Assembly (NCBI GenBank): GCA_012295275.1 | Contig: CM022673.1 | Coordinates: 14,322,001-14,386,000, forward strand | Origin: Chrysomallon squamiferum | Taxonomy: Eukaryota; Animalia; Mollusca | Length of the DNA stretch: 64,000 bases | Reading direction: 5' to 3' | In this document: piece after piece, positions 14,911-29,272 of the stretch | Layout: each line of letters opens with the position of its first letter | Position numbering within the stretch: position 1 is the stretch's first letter | Made by a program: the position numbers and the translations under genes | The notes under the pieces: model-generated | The model's database searches: none | What the model saw: only the letters and a program-made list of their open reading frames with translations | Told to the model about the DNA's origin: nothing

Positions 14911-17514
14911 GAATTAGTATTTGTGTTCATACACTAATAAACTATCTGTTTCTATCCAGTCTTCTTATCTGTTTGTCTGTAGAACAATTATGTAGGTGTC
15001 AGACAATGTCAGTTGTGTAAATGTCAATTTGGGTCCGTTATTGTGTCTGTACAACAATTAGTCTGATGTTAGTGTCAGCATAATTAGATATGAATGTCTA
15101 CTGGATTCCACACGTGTCGCTGTGTATATATACAGATAGTGAGGTACGTAACATAAGATAGCTAGCCGAGCAAATAATCGTTTTGATGTTGAAGTTTTAT
15201 GCCGAAATCCTCAATATTTTTGTCAAACTAATTGTCTGTTTGAATTCAAACAAATTTCTAACTCACTTTACAATTTGGTATTGCGATAACACACACGTTT
15301 TAGTATTACAGTGTAGCTTCGGTGATACGTAGAGATATTCTAAAAGTATTTTACTTTCTTGTAAGCTGTTTTGTTTGTTTTTCACTGTTAAATCTTAATT
15401 CAAATAAAGCAATTATAGAATACAATTTTTGTTCTTCTAATTGCTTATTACAAATCTAAATGGATAAACAGATAGAAAGATAGACAGAAAAATGGTAATA
15501 TAAACAAACAAACAAAAAAAAAAAAAAAGAATAAATAAAGGTGGTTCTCTTTTGTGCCTATGTGGGTGTGTATGTTATATTTTTCAATTTATTATAATTT
15601 AGGCATATAGATGACAGGTAAATAGATGTCGATACAGATATACATAATATCTTTGTAGCTGACATAATTGAAACACACACTTTTTCGACTGTTTTTTTTT
15701 TTTTTTTTATAAAAGTTACTAAAGACAAGAATTATGAAATTTACAGTTAACCTTCCAACGCTTCGCTTTTCTTCGTTTGTTAATTAATAGCGGCTTGCAG
15801 TACAGAGAAGCGTGGAAGGTGTCAGTATAAACAGTGGAGAGTATTCGAGCTGTTTTGTTCCTGCTAGATAATGTCTTGTTAAACAGGGAGTGAAGGTTAT
15901 ATTGTGTTTTCAGCATTAATAATTAACTCAGAGTCGATAAAGCTAACATCGCAACAAGAAACGAGGCGCTCGATGATATACGTGTTTGACTGGTACTCGA
16001 TCATCCGACAACAAGCAGCACAGGGGAAAAGGCAACAAGCGGTACGTCAAATAAAAGCACGGTTTTGAAATGTCCGAGGTCAGTTTTGTACGCGGCGTGG
16101 CGAAATCGATAGTAAATCAACTATTTTTTCATCATTGCTTCCTTCGTAGAATTTATCAAATGTCCCGTAGGGACGTACAGTTTTTTAATTATTTTTTTTT
16201 TTTAAAGGCAATTTCTTCAGATTTCTGTCTCTGGCTGAGTCGAATTAAACCTTTCCTCGGCTGGTTAATTCCTGTGGTCACTGCAGGGCGATTGGCTTCA
16301 TCAGTGATCGATTGACGGGGGTGATAAGGTGAAATCGCCAACTTGTTATTCTCTGTATGGCGCTTCCATTCGTCCGTCCGTCTATTGATCCGCCGCTTAT
16401 TTACCCAAGCTTCTGGAATCTCAATGAAGCACTTACATCTTTCCACTTTTCATTATAAAATATCAGCTGTCCATGAGTTTACATCTGTGAGTTCTTTTAC
16501 GTTATATTTACATTTTATGTGTACAGCTTTTCAGTTTAATAAATAAATAAATAATATGTGTTTTCTTATTTAATAATGAAGTTTATTTGTTTGTTTTTTT
16601 CGTTCGTTTGTTTACTTGTGTGTGCAAAGTGTCAGACCTCAACAGATAAATAATTTCTTTTTGCTTTTGCACTCTTAGAATATGAGAATAACAAAGATAC
16701 ATACGCGCAAACACAAGAATGCACACAATAACATGAATACATACATACATACACAGATACATACATACACACATACATCAATATAGACATACAGACATAA
16801 ATACACATATACATACACACGAATACACACATATAAGCATAGACACACCCACGCATACATATATACATACACACATATATATAGATATATACATACATGC
16901 ACATATACACAGATATACACACATAGATATACACATACATACATACATGTATATGGATACATATATATGTACATACACACATATTTATACACACATATAT
17001 TCTTACTTACATATACAAAATAAAAATTACAAGCATACAAAACATAATTCTGTTAGTGCAGAGACGTCAACAAGCTTGCTGACTAAATTAGTGCTAAAAA
17101 AACCAAAAATCGAATTCAGTTTATGATTTTCAGAAAATTCATAGAGAAAGTGAAACATATTTAGTTATGTCATTCCAGTTTTAATAATGCAAACGTGATC
17201 TGGGAAATATTAAATATTTAACAAAACATTTTCGTTTTTGGTGTTTTCCAGCAAATGGGAAAAAAAAGAAATAATAAAATTCTTGTGGGAATGAAACGAA
17301 CTCGGCTGACTCGCCATGCATTAAATAAAACATTTTCATCCAGCGAACAGCACCAGCGTTTCATTTATGCGTTTTTTTGCGGTCATTTCCGGGACGCAAC
17401 GACTCCAGTTAAAAAAGAAATTTTAATTTTTTTTTTTTTTTTTTTGTTCAGGGACTTAAAGAAAGGTGGGGGAGTGTAACTTGATTCCGAGTATCTTTTT
17501 ATTTTAATATTACT

Positions 17515-17554
<40 letters not shown>

Positions 17555-18239
17555 TTATCTTTTTTTGTCATTCTTCTTTTTTTTGGTAGTATAAAAGTGG
17601 AAAGAAACTATCGCTGCTGAGTTTTCGGGTTAGAATAACACAGCAGAAATATCTAAAAACAAACAGAATTTTTGTTCATGCCTCGGTGGGTAAAGTAGAA
17701 ATCAACGAGGACAAACGGTTACACAAACGTACGGGGCAGGAGGAGGAACGCGACCCTTACAGCCCTCCTCTTTAATCGGCGCCTCGTTTCCATGCACTAA
17801 TTTCCCTTGTCGTGATTACGAAGGCGGCAGTCGGAGCGAGCAGGGTTGTAATTCAGTTATACTCAGATCGATTTCAGCCCCGCTTACATCATGTCAGTTA
17901 ATGACACGCCTTGTGAAGAAATTAAACCCCCCCAAAAAAAAAACATTTGAGAGAAATAGTAAAGAACGATAACTCATCTGTCAGAGAGCTCTTCGGTGCG
18001 TTCTCCAGAGGAGGTAATAAAATTGGGGAGTGTTAGTGGTGCTGGGAAACAAAGACGTTCAAACATCATCTCACTCAGACAATTACCCAGAGCTCTGGAG
18101 AGTTTACCACTCGTCTCCTGGTTACACTCGTAACCAAATTTCAGCTTTTGTTATTTGTCTGGGTTACGCAGTGTGCCATCTTATTCAAAGTCCTATTAAC
18201 CTTAGGAGAGGTTAAATCGAAGTTTGCATCTGTATTCTG

Positions 18240-18620
18240 GTAACCTCAGTGACATCACTAAGGATATATCGTGACTTACAATTAACATCAGTGACGTTGC
18301 GTAGGATATATTGTGACTTACAAATGTAGGACTTTTAAACTCAGTGACGTCGCGAAGGATAAATTTTGACTTACACAGTAGTATTTTTAACCTTAGTGAC
18401 GTCACGTAGGATATACTGTGACTTACAATCGTCGCACTTTTATACTCAGTCACGTTGTGTCGGATTTATCGTAATTGAAAACTGTAATCGTTTAACCTTA
18501 GTGACGTCATACAGGCGATTACGAATCAAGTCTTACAACTATATTAATTTTAATCTCAGTAATGTCAAGACAGATGTAATTTTCGGATTGCAGTAGTTTT
18601 ATTCTTAAGCTCAGTAACGA
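18240..18620. repeat. Degenerate 40-57-bp tandem repeat containing TGACGTCA-type cores
   Basis: Recurring aac(c)tcagtgacgtc...aggata...tgacttaca. Confidence 0.75.
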
Positions 18621-21600
18621 TGTTTTTCAGCTCAAATGAGCTTTGCTTTTGAAATCTAATCTCAGAAGAATGGAATAGCGAGGCGGGGTGATAGAGAGAA
18701 AGGGGGAGAAACAAAAAAAAAGAACATATCCTTAAATTAGTGAATATAATTACGTGTAAAAGAGAACCGTAGAAACTCCAAGATTTTGAAATTCGAATAC
18801 ATTTAAACTATGTAATTTGAAATACACTAAATAGATCACTTTGAATAAATGAACTGTTAAAACAAGTTCTTTTTTACGTTTGACTTTGTGGTGTTTCAAG
18901 GACAAATCAGTCTCCTCTTTTTAGATATTTTGCGGCTCTTCCCGTTGATTATAGCGTCAGTGTATGAAGTGATAGACTCGCTACGCGTTGTGTAATTAGT
19001 GCAATATATTGATTCTTTTTTTTTATTATTAACTTTCACACATTTATCTCTGCTTTGAATTATATCTGTCTATTGATTTTTTTTTCACATATGCGAATTC
19101 TGAACCTTTCTGTACTTTGTGATTAACAGTTTAAATATAAATAAACAACAATTGTTTAATAAATACTGTTTATTCCTTTTTCAGTGAAGATTTCCCCCAT
19201 TAATAACTGAGATATAATAAAATATTTGTTAATTAATAACGAAATTTAATACTTATGTTCTAACCATTTATTTCATATTTCAGTTTACGGTTCAAATATT
19301 TAACTTTTATTTAATACGTTCATATAATAATGATTATGAATTTATTTAATATTGTGCAACGTAACATACTAAATTATTTACATAAGAGGATATTGTCATC
19401 TAACTTAATTAGGTAATATTTAGGTAATCTTATTTGTTTTTAATCCTTATTAAATTTAATCCGATAACAATTTATCATTTATCATCCTTCCCAGGCAAAA
19501 TTAAACTGTAGTTATTTAATATATAAATACATTGCTGTCTGCAGTTAGATACTGGTTAGAGGAATCAATCTTCAGTCACTGAACGAACGCACTATTTAAG
19601 TCAGAACGCAATATGACGCTTTCAGCGCCTGACAAAGACCTTCAACAAATCCGATTTCCGGAAATCCTCGCCGTAAGGAGGATTATCAATATTTTGAATT
19701 CTGAACATAAAAAGTATTAGACGTTTTTGAAAAATATATAGCGAAAAAAGGTAAAAAAAAAAAAAAAAAAAAAACCCACAAACAAAACAAATGGATCTTG
19801 ATTACAACCAGAGACTTTTATATGACTGAGAAAACGAGAGAAAAAAAAAATGTCATTGATGGTTGAAGTCCAAATCCATTGACCCTCTCTGAATTCTCGC
19901 CTGATATCATATAATGTCAGTATGTCGTGGGTCTGTCTGTTTGAAAGTAAATGTATGTTTGGTGTAATGAAGTCGTTAGCGCGAAATGGTGATGTGACAT
20001 CACATGTAATTAGATGGTCTATGAGGACTGCTCGCGGCTGTCAGCGCGCAACAACGTGGTCAGCGTATGGCGATTTTTATCACGAGCATTTATCAACGTG
20101 TTCAACTCATACTAAGTTGTTCTCGCGTCGTAGTGATAATAATATTAATAATAATAATAATAATAAATAATAATAATAATAAAAAATATCACTTTATAAA
20201 AAGACTAGATGAAGATTACCAAAAAAAAAAAAAAAAAAAAAATTATCTTTATGAAACAGATCATCAAATCAATCATAAACATTTTTTTTTTTTTTTTTTT
20301 TTTTTTTGTTTTGTTTTTTGAATGAAGAACACAGCAATTTTCTTCTATAAACTGCTTGCAACAAATAACATATTTGTGACACACAATATTCTGTGACTGT
20401 GCTTAAACACTATTATTAACACACATATTAAAGAGAATATTTGAATATATATATCCTGTGGCTCAAACAGTTCACATTTACAGTATCTGACCACAGACAA
20501 TGTGTATATAAAATACAAAAGTCTGTAGTGTATTGATTTATCATCTGTATTGTATTTGCTTTGGTTACCGAAAGTAACATATTCCCGAACTCCAGTCAAC
20601 AAACGAAAAGAATAATTTAAAATATGCTGTGTAATATGATATCTACAAACAATTAAAATCCATTCCAGTTATTGTTAAACGAATATTGATTAGTAAATTC
20701 AGTGTGATAGAAATATTCTGCTGCAGTTGTAAATAAATATTTTATTTTTATGTTTCAGTCTGTCTGTGGCTAACTGACCTATTTTCGTGAAGCAGCTGTT
20801 TCCGGTTGTCACCTGGCTAACTGTCACCGACAGCAGGTCGTTGCTGACATCTGTACGAGCATGTTGACGTTGTTTCCTAGACACCTCCACGATCTTCTCA
20901 ACAAATTATTTATTTATTTGTTTATCTATTTAACACTGTGTATTTTAATAATGTGTTTAGTTACATAGTTCACACAGAAAATACAGAACACACTAAGTAT
21001 GACTTACACTGGTAAATAAACTGTTAACGTAAAACTGTGTTAACTGTCTTTTGCACGCAGTGAACTATTTGTTACGTTCGTGAATTGTCTCGAAGGTTCA
21101 ACCACGCCTGTCGTGCATGCTACACGATGCACTGTGTGACTGAACATCTGTGTTTTATTACATAAATTAAAATCAATAATTACCGTACGGTTTACATTTC
21201 GTTTATGACGTGGTCATGTGGTTAGAAAACACGTGACGAACACTGTTTCCTTCCTAATCGTTGCTTCCTTTCGGCTTTTTTCTCGTTCCAACCACTATGC
21301 GGCTTTGCTGGTTTATTAAAGTTACCTGCTTTGCTGCTGTCAAGAAGCTGAATATAAAATATCTTACTTCTAATAGAAAACAACGTCTGTGGAGTCTTAG
21401 CATTGAATTTCCTCTTTCATATAATCAGAATAAAAATAACATATTGATGTTTGTCGTCTAGTAATCGTGATTAGAGGAATATTCATCCCTTTAAAACACA
21501 ATAATTGTTGATACTGTCTTCATATTCCTGACAAAAACTGTCGTGTCAATAGATAACAGTAAATTTGTTCAAATAGATCATTATTTTACCCTATATATCT

Positions 21601-21633
21601 ATATTTATGTCTATCTAACAATTTTTCTATCTA

Positions 21634-21671
<38 letters not shown>

Positions 21672-22928
21672 ATGTCCATTTGAAACCTTTACAAGAATTA
21701 TTATCAGTGACAAATAAATAAATAAGTAAGTAAATAAATAAATTAATTAAATAACAAATAAGTAAATAAATAAATAAAACAAACAAACAATAATAAAAAA
21801 AAAAAAAAATTATAAATATTCACAGAACGAAATAAGAAAACATTAAAAAGAAAAAGAAAAAAAAGAAAAGAAAAGAAAAAAGAAGAAGAAAAAAATTATC
21901 CCGTATTCAGGCCATAAAGTTTTCTCTTCTATAAAATTACTGGAAATAGAATTTCTAAAAAAGATTCTTAATTTAAAACAAATGACGAAGATAAAAACAT
22001 GCCCACACAGTAATTAAATAACGAAAAAAAAAAAATTAAATGAAAAGTTCAAATAATCATCATAAAACATTAATTCATTATTTCCTATGAAACAGTTGAT
22101 ATAATGGCTTTCTCAAATATATTAAAATCAAACTGAATGTTAGTCTGATTCTCCGTAAACGTTTTGATAATTATAACTTGATATAAGCTTCAGATATTAT
22201 TTATTTATTATTATTTTTTTAAGATTATTATTATTATTATTATTATTATTGTTATTACTATTATTAGTATTATTTTTCCTTTCTCTCTTTTTTTTATTCA
22301 TTCTTTTAATTAATTTCGTTTCAGCCGTAATGTATATTCAACAATAATTGTGTCTTCGCTTTCTGCAACCAGGTCTTCCTGATAATAAAAATATTATTTT
22401 TCAAAAACCATCAGTTTTCTTGACTGTATTAGAGACTCGAGTAAAGACATTTGATATTCAGTCGTTTTTATCTTTACAATATCTTTTTCTCTTAGTTTTC
22501 GTTCGACAAACAGCTTCTGTTACTGTTTATTGAGTAACAACATTAAAAAACAAAAAAAAGTGGATTTACTTGTTTTTTCTTTCAGCTCGTTAAAAACTAT
22601 GTAAATTGCGTAGAAAATAACACGCGAAGAAAATCGAAAGATACGTTCTAAAAAATAAAAAACAAAATAAAATACTTCTAATGTTACTGAAATGAATTCT
22701 GTACTGTGTATATGCGAATATACTACACACACACACACACACACAACACACACAAACACACATATCTATATATGTCAGTCTGTCTATCTGTATATCTGTC
22801 TGTTCGTCTGCTTGCATCTCTGTCTATTTATGAGTATACGCCCGTGTAATTATATTTATGTATGGATATTCATCTGTTTATCTATCTGTCTATATTTCCA
22901 TCCATCCATCCATCCATCTATCCGTTCA

Positions 22929-23020
<92 letters not shown>

Positions 23021-23584
23021 CCTCGTCTCTAAGCCGCTTCAGAAATTTAGCTCGGTAATAGGATGCCTCGCTCCATATGGAATTGCATTTAGCAAATCGG
23101 TCTGAAGCCGTGTAAAAAATCAATAGAATAGTGACATCTATTTAACCAGTGTGACAGTTTATGAGCACCGCACTAACAAACCGAGTGATAAAACCAGTTA
23201 ATTTAATCAGAACCAGTGAAATGATATCGCTGGATGAAATAGTCTTTCTGCACACGACGGAGCGAAAAGGTTATTTTAATAAGCAATCAAAGCCTTAATT
23301 TAATATCAACAGTTTGAAGTCGTGTCTCACTGGCACAGGTACTTTAGAAGCGGACTGGAGGAGCTGATCTGTTGATTCACCCTGATATAACCAGTGCACC
23401 GCAGTTACTACATCAAAGTGTGCGTTAACTGCTTCCATGTTTTCCACGTGGCCCTATAAAATACTTATTATTAATATTACTGGTTGCACACATGGTTCCC
23501 CTCTCCTACTTTCATTATTAAAACATCTGCTTGACCATAATATATATATGTGTGTGAGTGTGTGCGCGTGAGTGTCTGTGAGTC

Positions 23585-23615
<31 letters not shown>

Positions 23616-24781
23616 TTTTTCATTTAGCACTGTATTCACTTTGTGAAAATATAAATCAAAAACAAAAACACAATGAGACATGGGAAGAGTGTTAAAATTT
23701 AATAAACTGGAAAATTAACTTCATCTGAAGAATTCGTCGTGAAAAAAAAAAAATTGAAAACTTGAACAGTTGTGAAATATTGAAATGCATTTAAACAGCA
23801 AACCACCTCGTTAATATATGTAAAGTACTTAAGAAACAAAACACCCTGCAAATGTACGTAAAAATCATTCAAAGAGCAAATCATCTCGCCCAAATATATA
23901 TGTAAAATATTTAAACACGAAATACACCAGCAATATATAAATAACGAAATACACCTGAAATACATATAAAATATTTTAAATAACAGAAAGTAAAATGGAT
24001 TGTTAAAATATCTAAACAGTTCAGAAGGATAAACACTTTGGAATCAATAACGATATGTAAATGTGAATGAATTATGAATGCCAAATTTAATGTATGATGA
24101 AGAATATATGAAAAATAAAATAAGTAATTAATCAAAACTAAATGAAAAAAATATATATATTAGTGTAGACTTTTATATTATAGAAAGAATGAAAATCTGA
24201 AAACAACAACAACAACAACATACAATAAATAAATAAATAAATAGGAAAAATATAGTTTAAAAAAAGGATAAAAGCTCATAAATTTAATCTACATTATGTC
24301 CATGATTTCATATTACAGTTTACCATAGTATTCAAACCAGCTTAATGATAGGTATTAGAAATGAATTAAAGACATGAATAAATAATGCTTTGGAAGTATT
24401 TCAAGTAAATAAATAACAAAATGAAAATGAGTCAGAAACAGGAGAAAATGTACACTGAAAGTGCGTATACTTATAACAGAAGAATAGTACTTTAAACGTA
24501 TATGATTAACGAAAGTAAACTTCAGGTACATCAACAATAATATGAATGACTTTTTTCTCTTTTTTTTTTTTTTTTAAATTTTAGAATGATTAAATAACGT
24601 ACTGAAGTAAATTTAGAATATGCAAACAAAAAAATTAATACTGAATTAAAATTTCTTTTATGAATATTGTATTAATATTTTCGTGATGTTATTTAAATAA
24701 AAGCACAAACGAATGAACAAACGAACGAATGAATGAACCGAATGTAGAATGAATGAATGAATAATAATAATAATAATGATA

Positions 24782-24866
<85 letters not shown>

Positions 24867-25099
24867 AATAATAATAATCTAAGAACTGGTGTTATTTACA
24901 AAAGGTTAGAAAGAATACACACATAAAGACAACACACAAAACAAGAATATTTCAAACAAAACATTATATCAAAATGTTGAAAGAAAATCACACAAACCAA
25001 TACGTCACTAAGGCAACCATTCTTTGTCCAGAATTCGCTGTTACATTCCATCAATATATAAAAAAAAATGACCACCATTATTTGCCTGGCAAACAAACT

Positions 25100-25270
25100 A
25101 AGGTACTTCCGGTACGAAGTCACGTTATCTACGTAGCTTTTCCTGTCTAAATATTACTTCCGGTGCTTAATACTTAGCTACTTCTGCAAGCGGAAATGAC
25201 GTTGTTAGCACTAATTGATATGAAGAATGTTGTAATAACACTGACAGCTCCGTGATGTGACGTGAGGTGT
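25100..25270. promoter_or_regulatory. Promoter-like cluster of ETS and CRE motifs
   Basis: ACTTCCGGT at 25105 and 25156, GCGGAAATGACGT at 25190, GTGACGTGA near 25257, CCAAT near 24997. Confidence 0.45.
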
Positions 25271-25479
25271 AACATTTTTTGTAACATATGTAACTGTTGT
25301 TGTAACATGCTGATTAATCCTTTGGTGTAACATGTTGTGCAACTTTGTGAAACCAAAGGTAAAGCTTGTTTCTCTTCTACAAAACATGTCTGCGATCATT
25401 GTCCCAAAATAGCTGAATAATTTCTACTATTGAACCAATATTCGAGATAAATCACTAGCAATTTATTTTAATATTCGTG

Positions 25480-25820
25480 TTAATCACTAATCAGCTGGTG
25501 ATTTACATTAGTTTGATTTCACAAATAATATCCAATTACTAATCTTCGTGTAAGATGGTAATCCGTGTTACTGGTCCTTTTTCAAAGCTGGGATGTAACA
25601 ACTGTTCGTAAATAGGTGTGATCACAGAGTGATGTGCTGTTTGTAATACTGTTAACCAATCACTAATCAGTTTAGTAACCACGAAGTGGTATAGTGCGTG
25701 TAATACTAGTATCCAGTCACTATTCAGTTTAGTAATCACTCATTAATGTAGTGTTTGTAATACTAGTATATGCAATCACTATTCGGTTTAGTAGTGGCAT
25801 AGTACGTGTAATACTAGAAT
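25480..25820. repeat. Degenerate ~58-bp tandem repeat downstream of the membrane-protein ORF
   Basis: Recurring aatcacta(a/t)tcagtttagta...gtgtaatactagta. Confidence 0.7.
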
Positions 25821-25869
25821 TCGCTCGATGAAGTGTACTGAAAGAGCTGGGTAGAAGAAGGTTCAACAC

Positions 25870-26208
25870 TCACACATAAAACTCCTGCTCTTTCCTCACT
25901 TTGAGTTTAATGGCGTCAGCAGGAAGAAGGTTTTCCAGCGTCTCTGTGGAATCAACGAGTCTCTTCTCGTCGTCCATGCGTCTGTTCCTCGACAGACGCG
26001 CCAAAGGGTTCGACTTGCTCCGGCACTGCACGAAGATGTACACGAGACACACGATGATGACGACGCCGCCGATGACGAGGATGATGGACAGTTTGATTTC
26101 CGACAGAAGGTGTTTGTTTCTGATCAACAGATGGTGAAAGCGGGTAGCACCCGACAACACGTTCTGTGTTGCTTTCATGTCGTCGTCCATTTCGTTCGAT
26201 GAATACAT
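25870..26208 (-). CDS. Small single-pass membrane protein, 112 aa, C-terminal class II PDZ-binding motif (EFYV)
   Basis: Non-repetitive, GC-richer ORF. One hydrophobic helix (LSIILVIGGVVIIVCLVYIFV) is followed by a basic stretch (CRSKSNPLARLSRNRR). An in-frame TAA lies just upstream of the ATG, and an acceptor ttttaacag lies at 26240. Confidence 0.75.
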   Translation of the reverse strand: MYSSNEMDDDMKATQNVLSGATRFHHLLIRNKHLLSEIKLSIILVIGGVVIIVCLVYIFVQCRSKSNPLARLSRNRRMDDEKRLVDSTETLENLLPADAIKLKVRKEQEFYV

Positions 26209-27989
26209 TGATGTTTACCTCACCTGTATTCCCGAGTGTCTGTTAAAAATGTGCTTAATGACAAACGAGAACAAACGTTGTGTAAATTGAACTCACTGTA
26301 ATGGATCCATTGGTTTGGTGGCACTTAGAGGCGCCTTGTTTCGTGCTGCATTTTGTCAGTAATATGAAAATGAATGTATGGATAATTTCTGCTGCAGATT
26401 TCACAGTTTGCCGCTACTTTATTACGCTAATCACTTTTCCATTACTCTACGCGATGCCGTTAAAGCAGCACGTTCCAAAACCTTTGAGAATTGAAACAAA
26501 AATCAAAATATAAATCCCCTGTCGTCTGGTTCTAACACGTTTGTCCGTCTGCTGTTTCAGTACACACGTTCGGTCAGCGGAGGAAGGATTGCTGATTTGC
26601 TTGACTTTAAAAGCCGACCAATCGCCGTTTTCAATCACGAATATGATGCATAATTTACATTTATTCCCAGACTCCACTTTCAACTGCCATCAGTTTAATG
26701 GCGCGGTTTCTGTAGCTGTTTGTAGAGCAGGATCGTTACCGATGCAGAAAACGTTGAGAAACACGTAGTTGCCACATGTGGCCAGCGCAGACCTCGTTTC
26801 TCACGTGTCTATGTGCAGTTTAAAACACACAGGATGTCTGCAAACAAATAAAATCTTTATAAAATAAATGTTTATCACGTCTGATTCGTGCTCTCTATAT
26901 GAGAATTCTGCATCCGATCAAAAAAAAATTTGAGCCTAGAGCTGAATATTAATTCGACAAATAATGCGTTTTCCTACAAACACTGGAAAATAATATCAGT
27001 AGTTTAGATTATCGTCACAGGTGTACTGCTGTTGTTATGTCACGCGTTAACGTTTTTTTTACGCGAGTAGACAATATCCCTGTCCACGTGGTAAAATATA
27101 TATTACTTGAATTAGATAAAAAGATAATACTGCAATCGCTTAGTAAATATTTATCACTTAAATTATTTATACAGATACTGTTATGGCCCCCATGGTAAAA
27201 TATATATTTTGAATTAAATGTACAGCTATTATTACAGTCGCATATCAAAATATATTATTTGAATTAGATATATGAATAATAAATAGTACAGACACATGGT
27301 AAAATGAGATAGTATTACCGTTACATGGATACGTGTATGAATGTATATCTAATAATAAGATTACAACTGATAAGTGATAATTCGTTTTACACGAATACAA
27401 TTGAAAAATACTATTGTTGTGACTTGAATTTATAAAGAAAACATTACTCTAAAGAGGATTATATCGTGGCTCGTACTTCTGTTATTATAAATATTTTATA
27501 AAAACTGGGGCAGATGGAGAAGAGGTAATCGATGAGACTTACAGTGACACAACGTGATCGCTTGTCTGTTTATCCGTTTGTCTGTCAGCACACCACAACA
27601 ATAGTCAATCTTCTTAAACGTTTAAACCTTGTCTTCAATTCCGAACAGAGAATAAAATACACTCCGACATCTCATTTCATTCCCAATCGATTTTGCAATC
27701 ACCTACGTTATTTCAAAAACCGACGTTAGTTATACTTTTTCATTTGTAAAACGCTTAACATTGATTTTTGTTTTCTGACATTACGTACAGAAAAATAAAA
27801 GTAAAAAATGATTTATGCATTAACACAGCGCCCACTATTTGTCTCTTCATTAAGCAGAAATATAAAAATCATTGTTCCAAGAACGAATAATGACTCATAA
27901 CCACTGAAATATTTCTTTTAAAAATCCATTGCTCCTCTCAGACCAAACACATCGGTTTTGCCTGCTTGAAACACACACACGTTTCGTTG

Positions 27990-28120
27990 TCTTCACGTCA
28001 GGCGGAACAGCTGTAGCAGCGACAAGGAAAAACCAACTTTACGGAACAGTCACTTCGATAAGATCTGTCTTTTGCGTTATTGGCTAAATTTGTCGTTCAA
28101 GGGCGGTAATTGGATTTAAC
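27990..28120. promoter_or_regulatory. Promoter-like island (CCAAT x2, GC box, CRE half-site)
   Basis: cacgtca ~27994, attgg ~28079 and ~28109, gggcgg 28101, with CpG-rich flanks. Lies upstream of the minus-strand membrane-protein ORF. Confidence 0.45.
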
Positions 28121-29235
28121 TCTGACTAGTGCAGCGATGTGATAGGCGCGTTGCCTCAGAGGACGTTCGCTTGTGAACCGAGGAAAACGAAGCCGACTGC
28201 CCGCTTCGCAGACCCAACCTGCACGAACTGGTGCTCAGAAAAAACGAGGAGGAGAAAAAAAAAAAAAATAACGACTTCCTTATGTTTTTACTTACGGTTG
28301 TGTTTGGCGGAGCAGATGTGTCGATGCTGTCTGCTTATCCCCTGCGTCCAGACAACAATTTCCAGTTAATTATTTTATCGATGGTTAGTGCGGACTAGCT
28401 TCTTGAGCAGGAAATTCGTGTAGCCTGTTCGCGACTGCTGCTTTGTGCAACATCAAAAATTCATGTTTGATCTTTTACAAGCGAAGAGAACACGTGGCGC
28501 TGAATAAACGCAGCTGGAGATTGCAGTCGTAGTCGTTTTTCTTATTTCCTTTATCCGACAACGTCGCTTTCTGCATGTTAGTGATGTGGACGACGTATGA
28601 ACATCATGATAATCAATACACGTAGCTGTGTAAAACACAGAAACCGAGAGTTGTTTGAAGATGTTCTTTATAGTGTGCGTTTTAATTGTTATTCTGAACA
28701 GGCTATCGCGTGATAGCTTGACGCTTTGAATAATCTGTCATCTCGTCGTTTTTTACTGTCACATGACAACAAATATTTAATAGAGATTAATGGTTTTTAT
28801 ATTCAAATAATTATTACTGTATTGATGATAATAAATGGTCCATGTGTCAGCGCGCTTTTGTTTTTCTAATACTTCAGGCGTATAATAAATATGTGTGTGT
28901 GTGTGTGTTAGAAAATAAATGTACTCATTTTATTCTCATAAGAAAAATATATAAAACATAATTCATATGTTAATGTGTGTGTGTGTGTGTTTGTGCGTTA
29001 GAAAATAAATATACTAATTTTATTCTGATACGAACAGTTAAGAAAACATACCAATACACCTGACCAGTGCAGCAAGATAGAATTGCCCTTGTAGGTGGAC
29101 TGCAGTGGCACCTGACAAAAACACGATGACGAGTTGTGAATCTCCGGGAGTCTATTTAGATTACTCCAACAAACGAAACGAATCTGAATTTTCACGGAGA
29201 AGATTCATAATATAAAGCATTCACAAAATATCAGT

Positions 29236-29272
<37 letters not shown>

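Noticed and set aside
25038-25062. miR-1-like start (TGGAATGTAA) on the minus strand
   Set aside because: Only the first 10 nt match and I see no hairpin partner.
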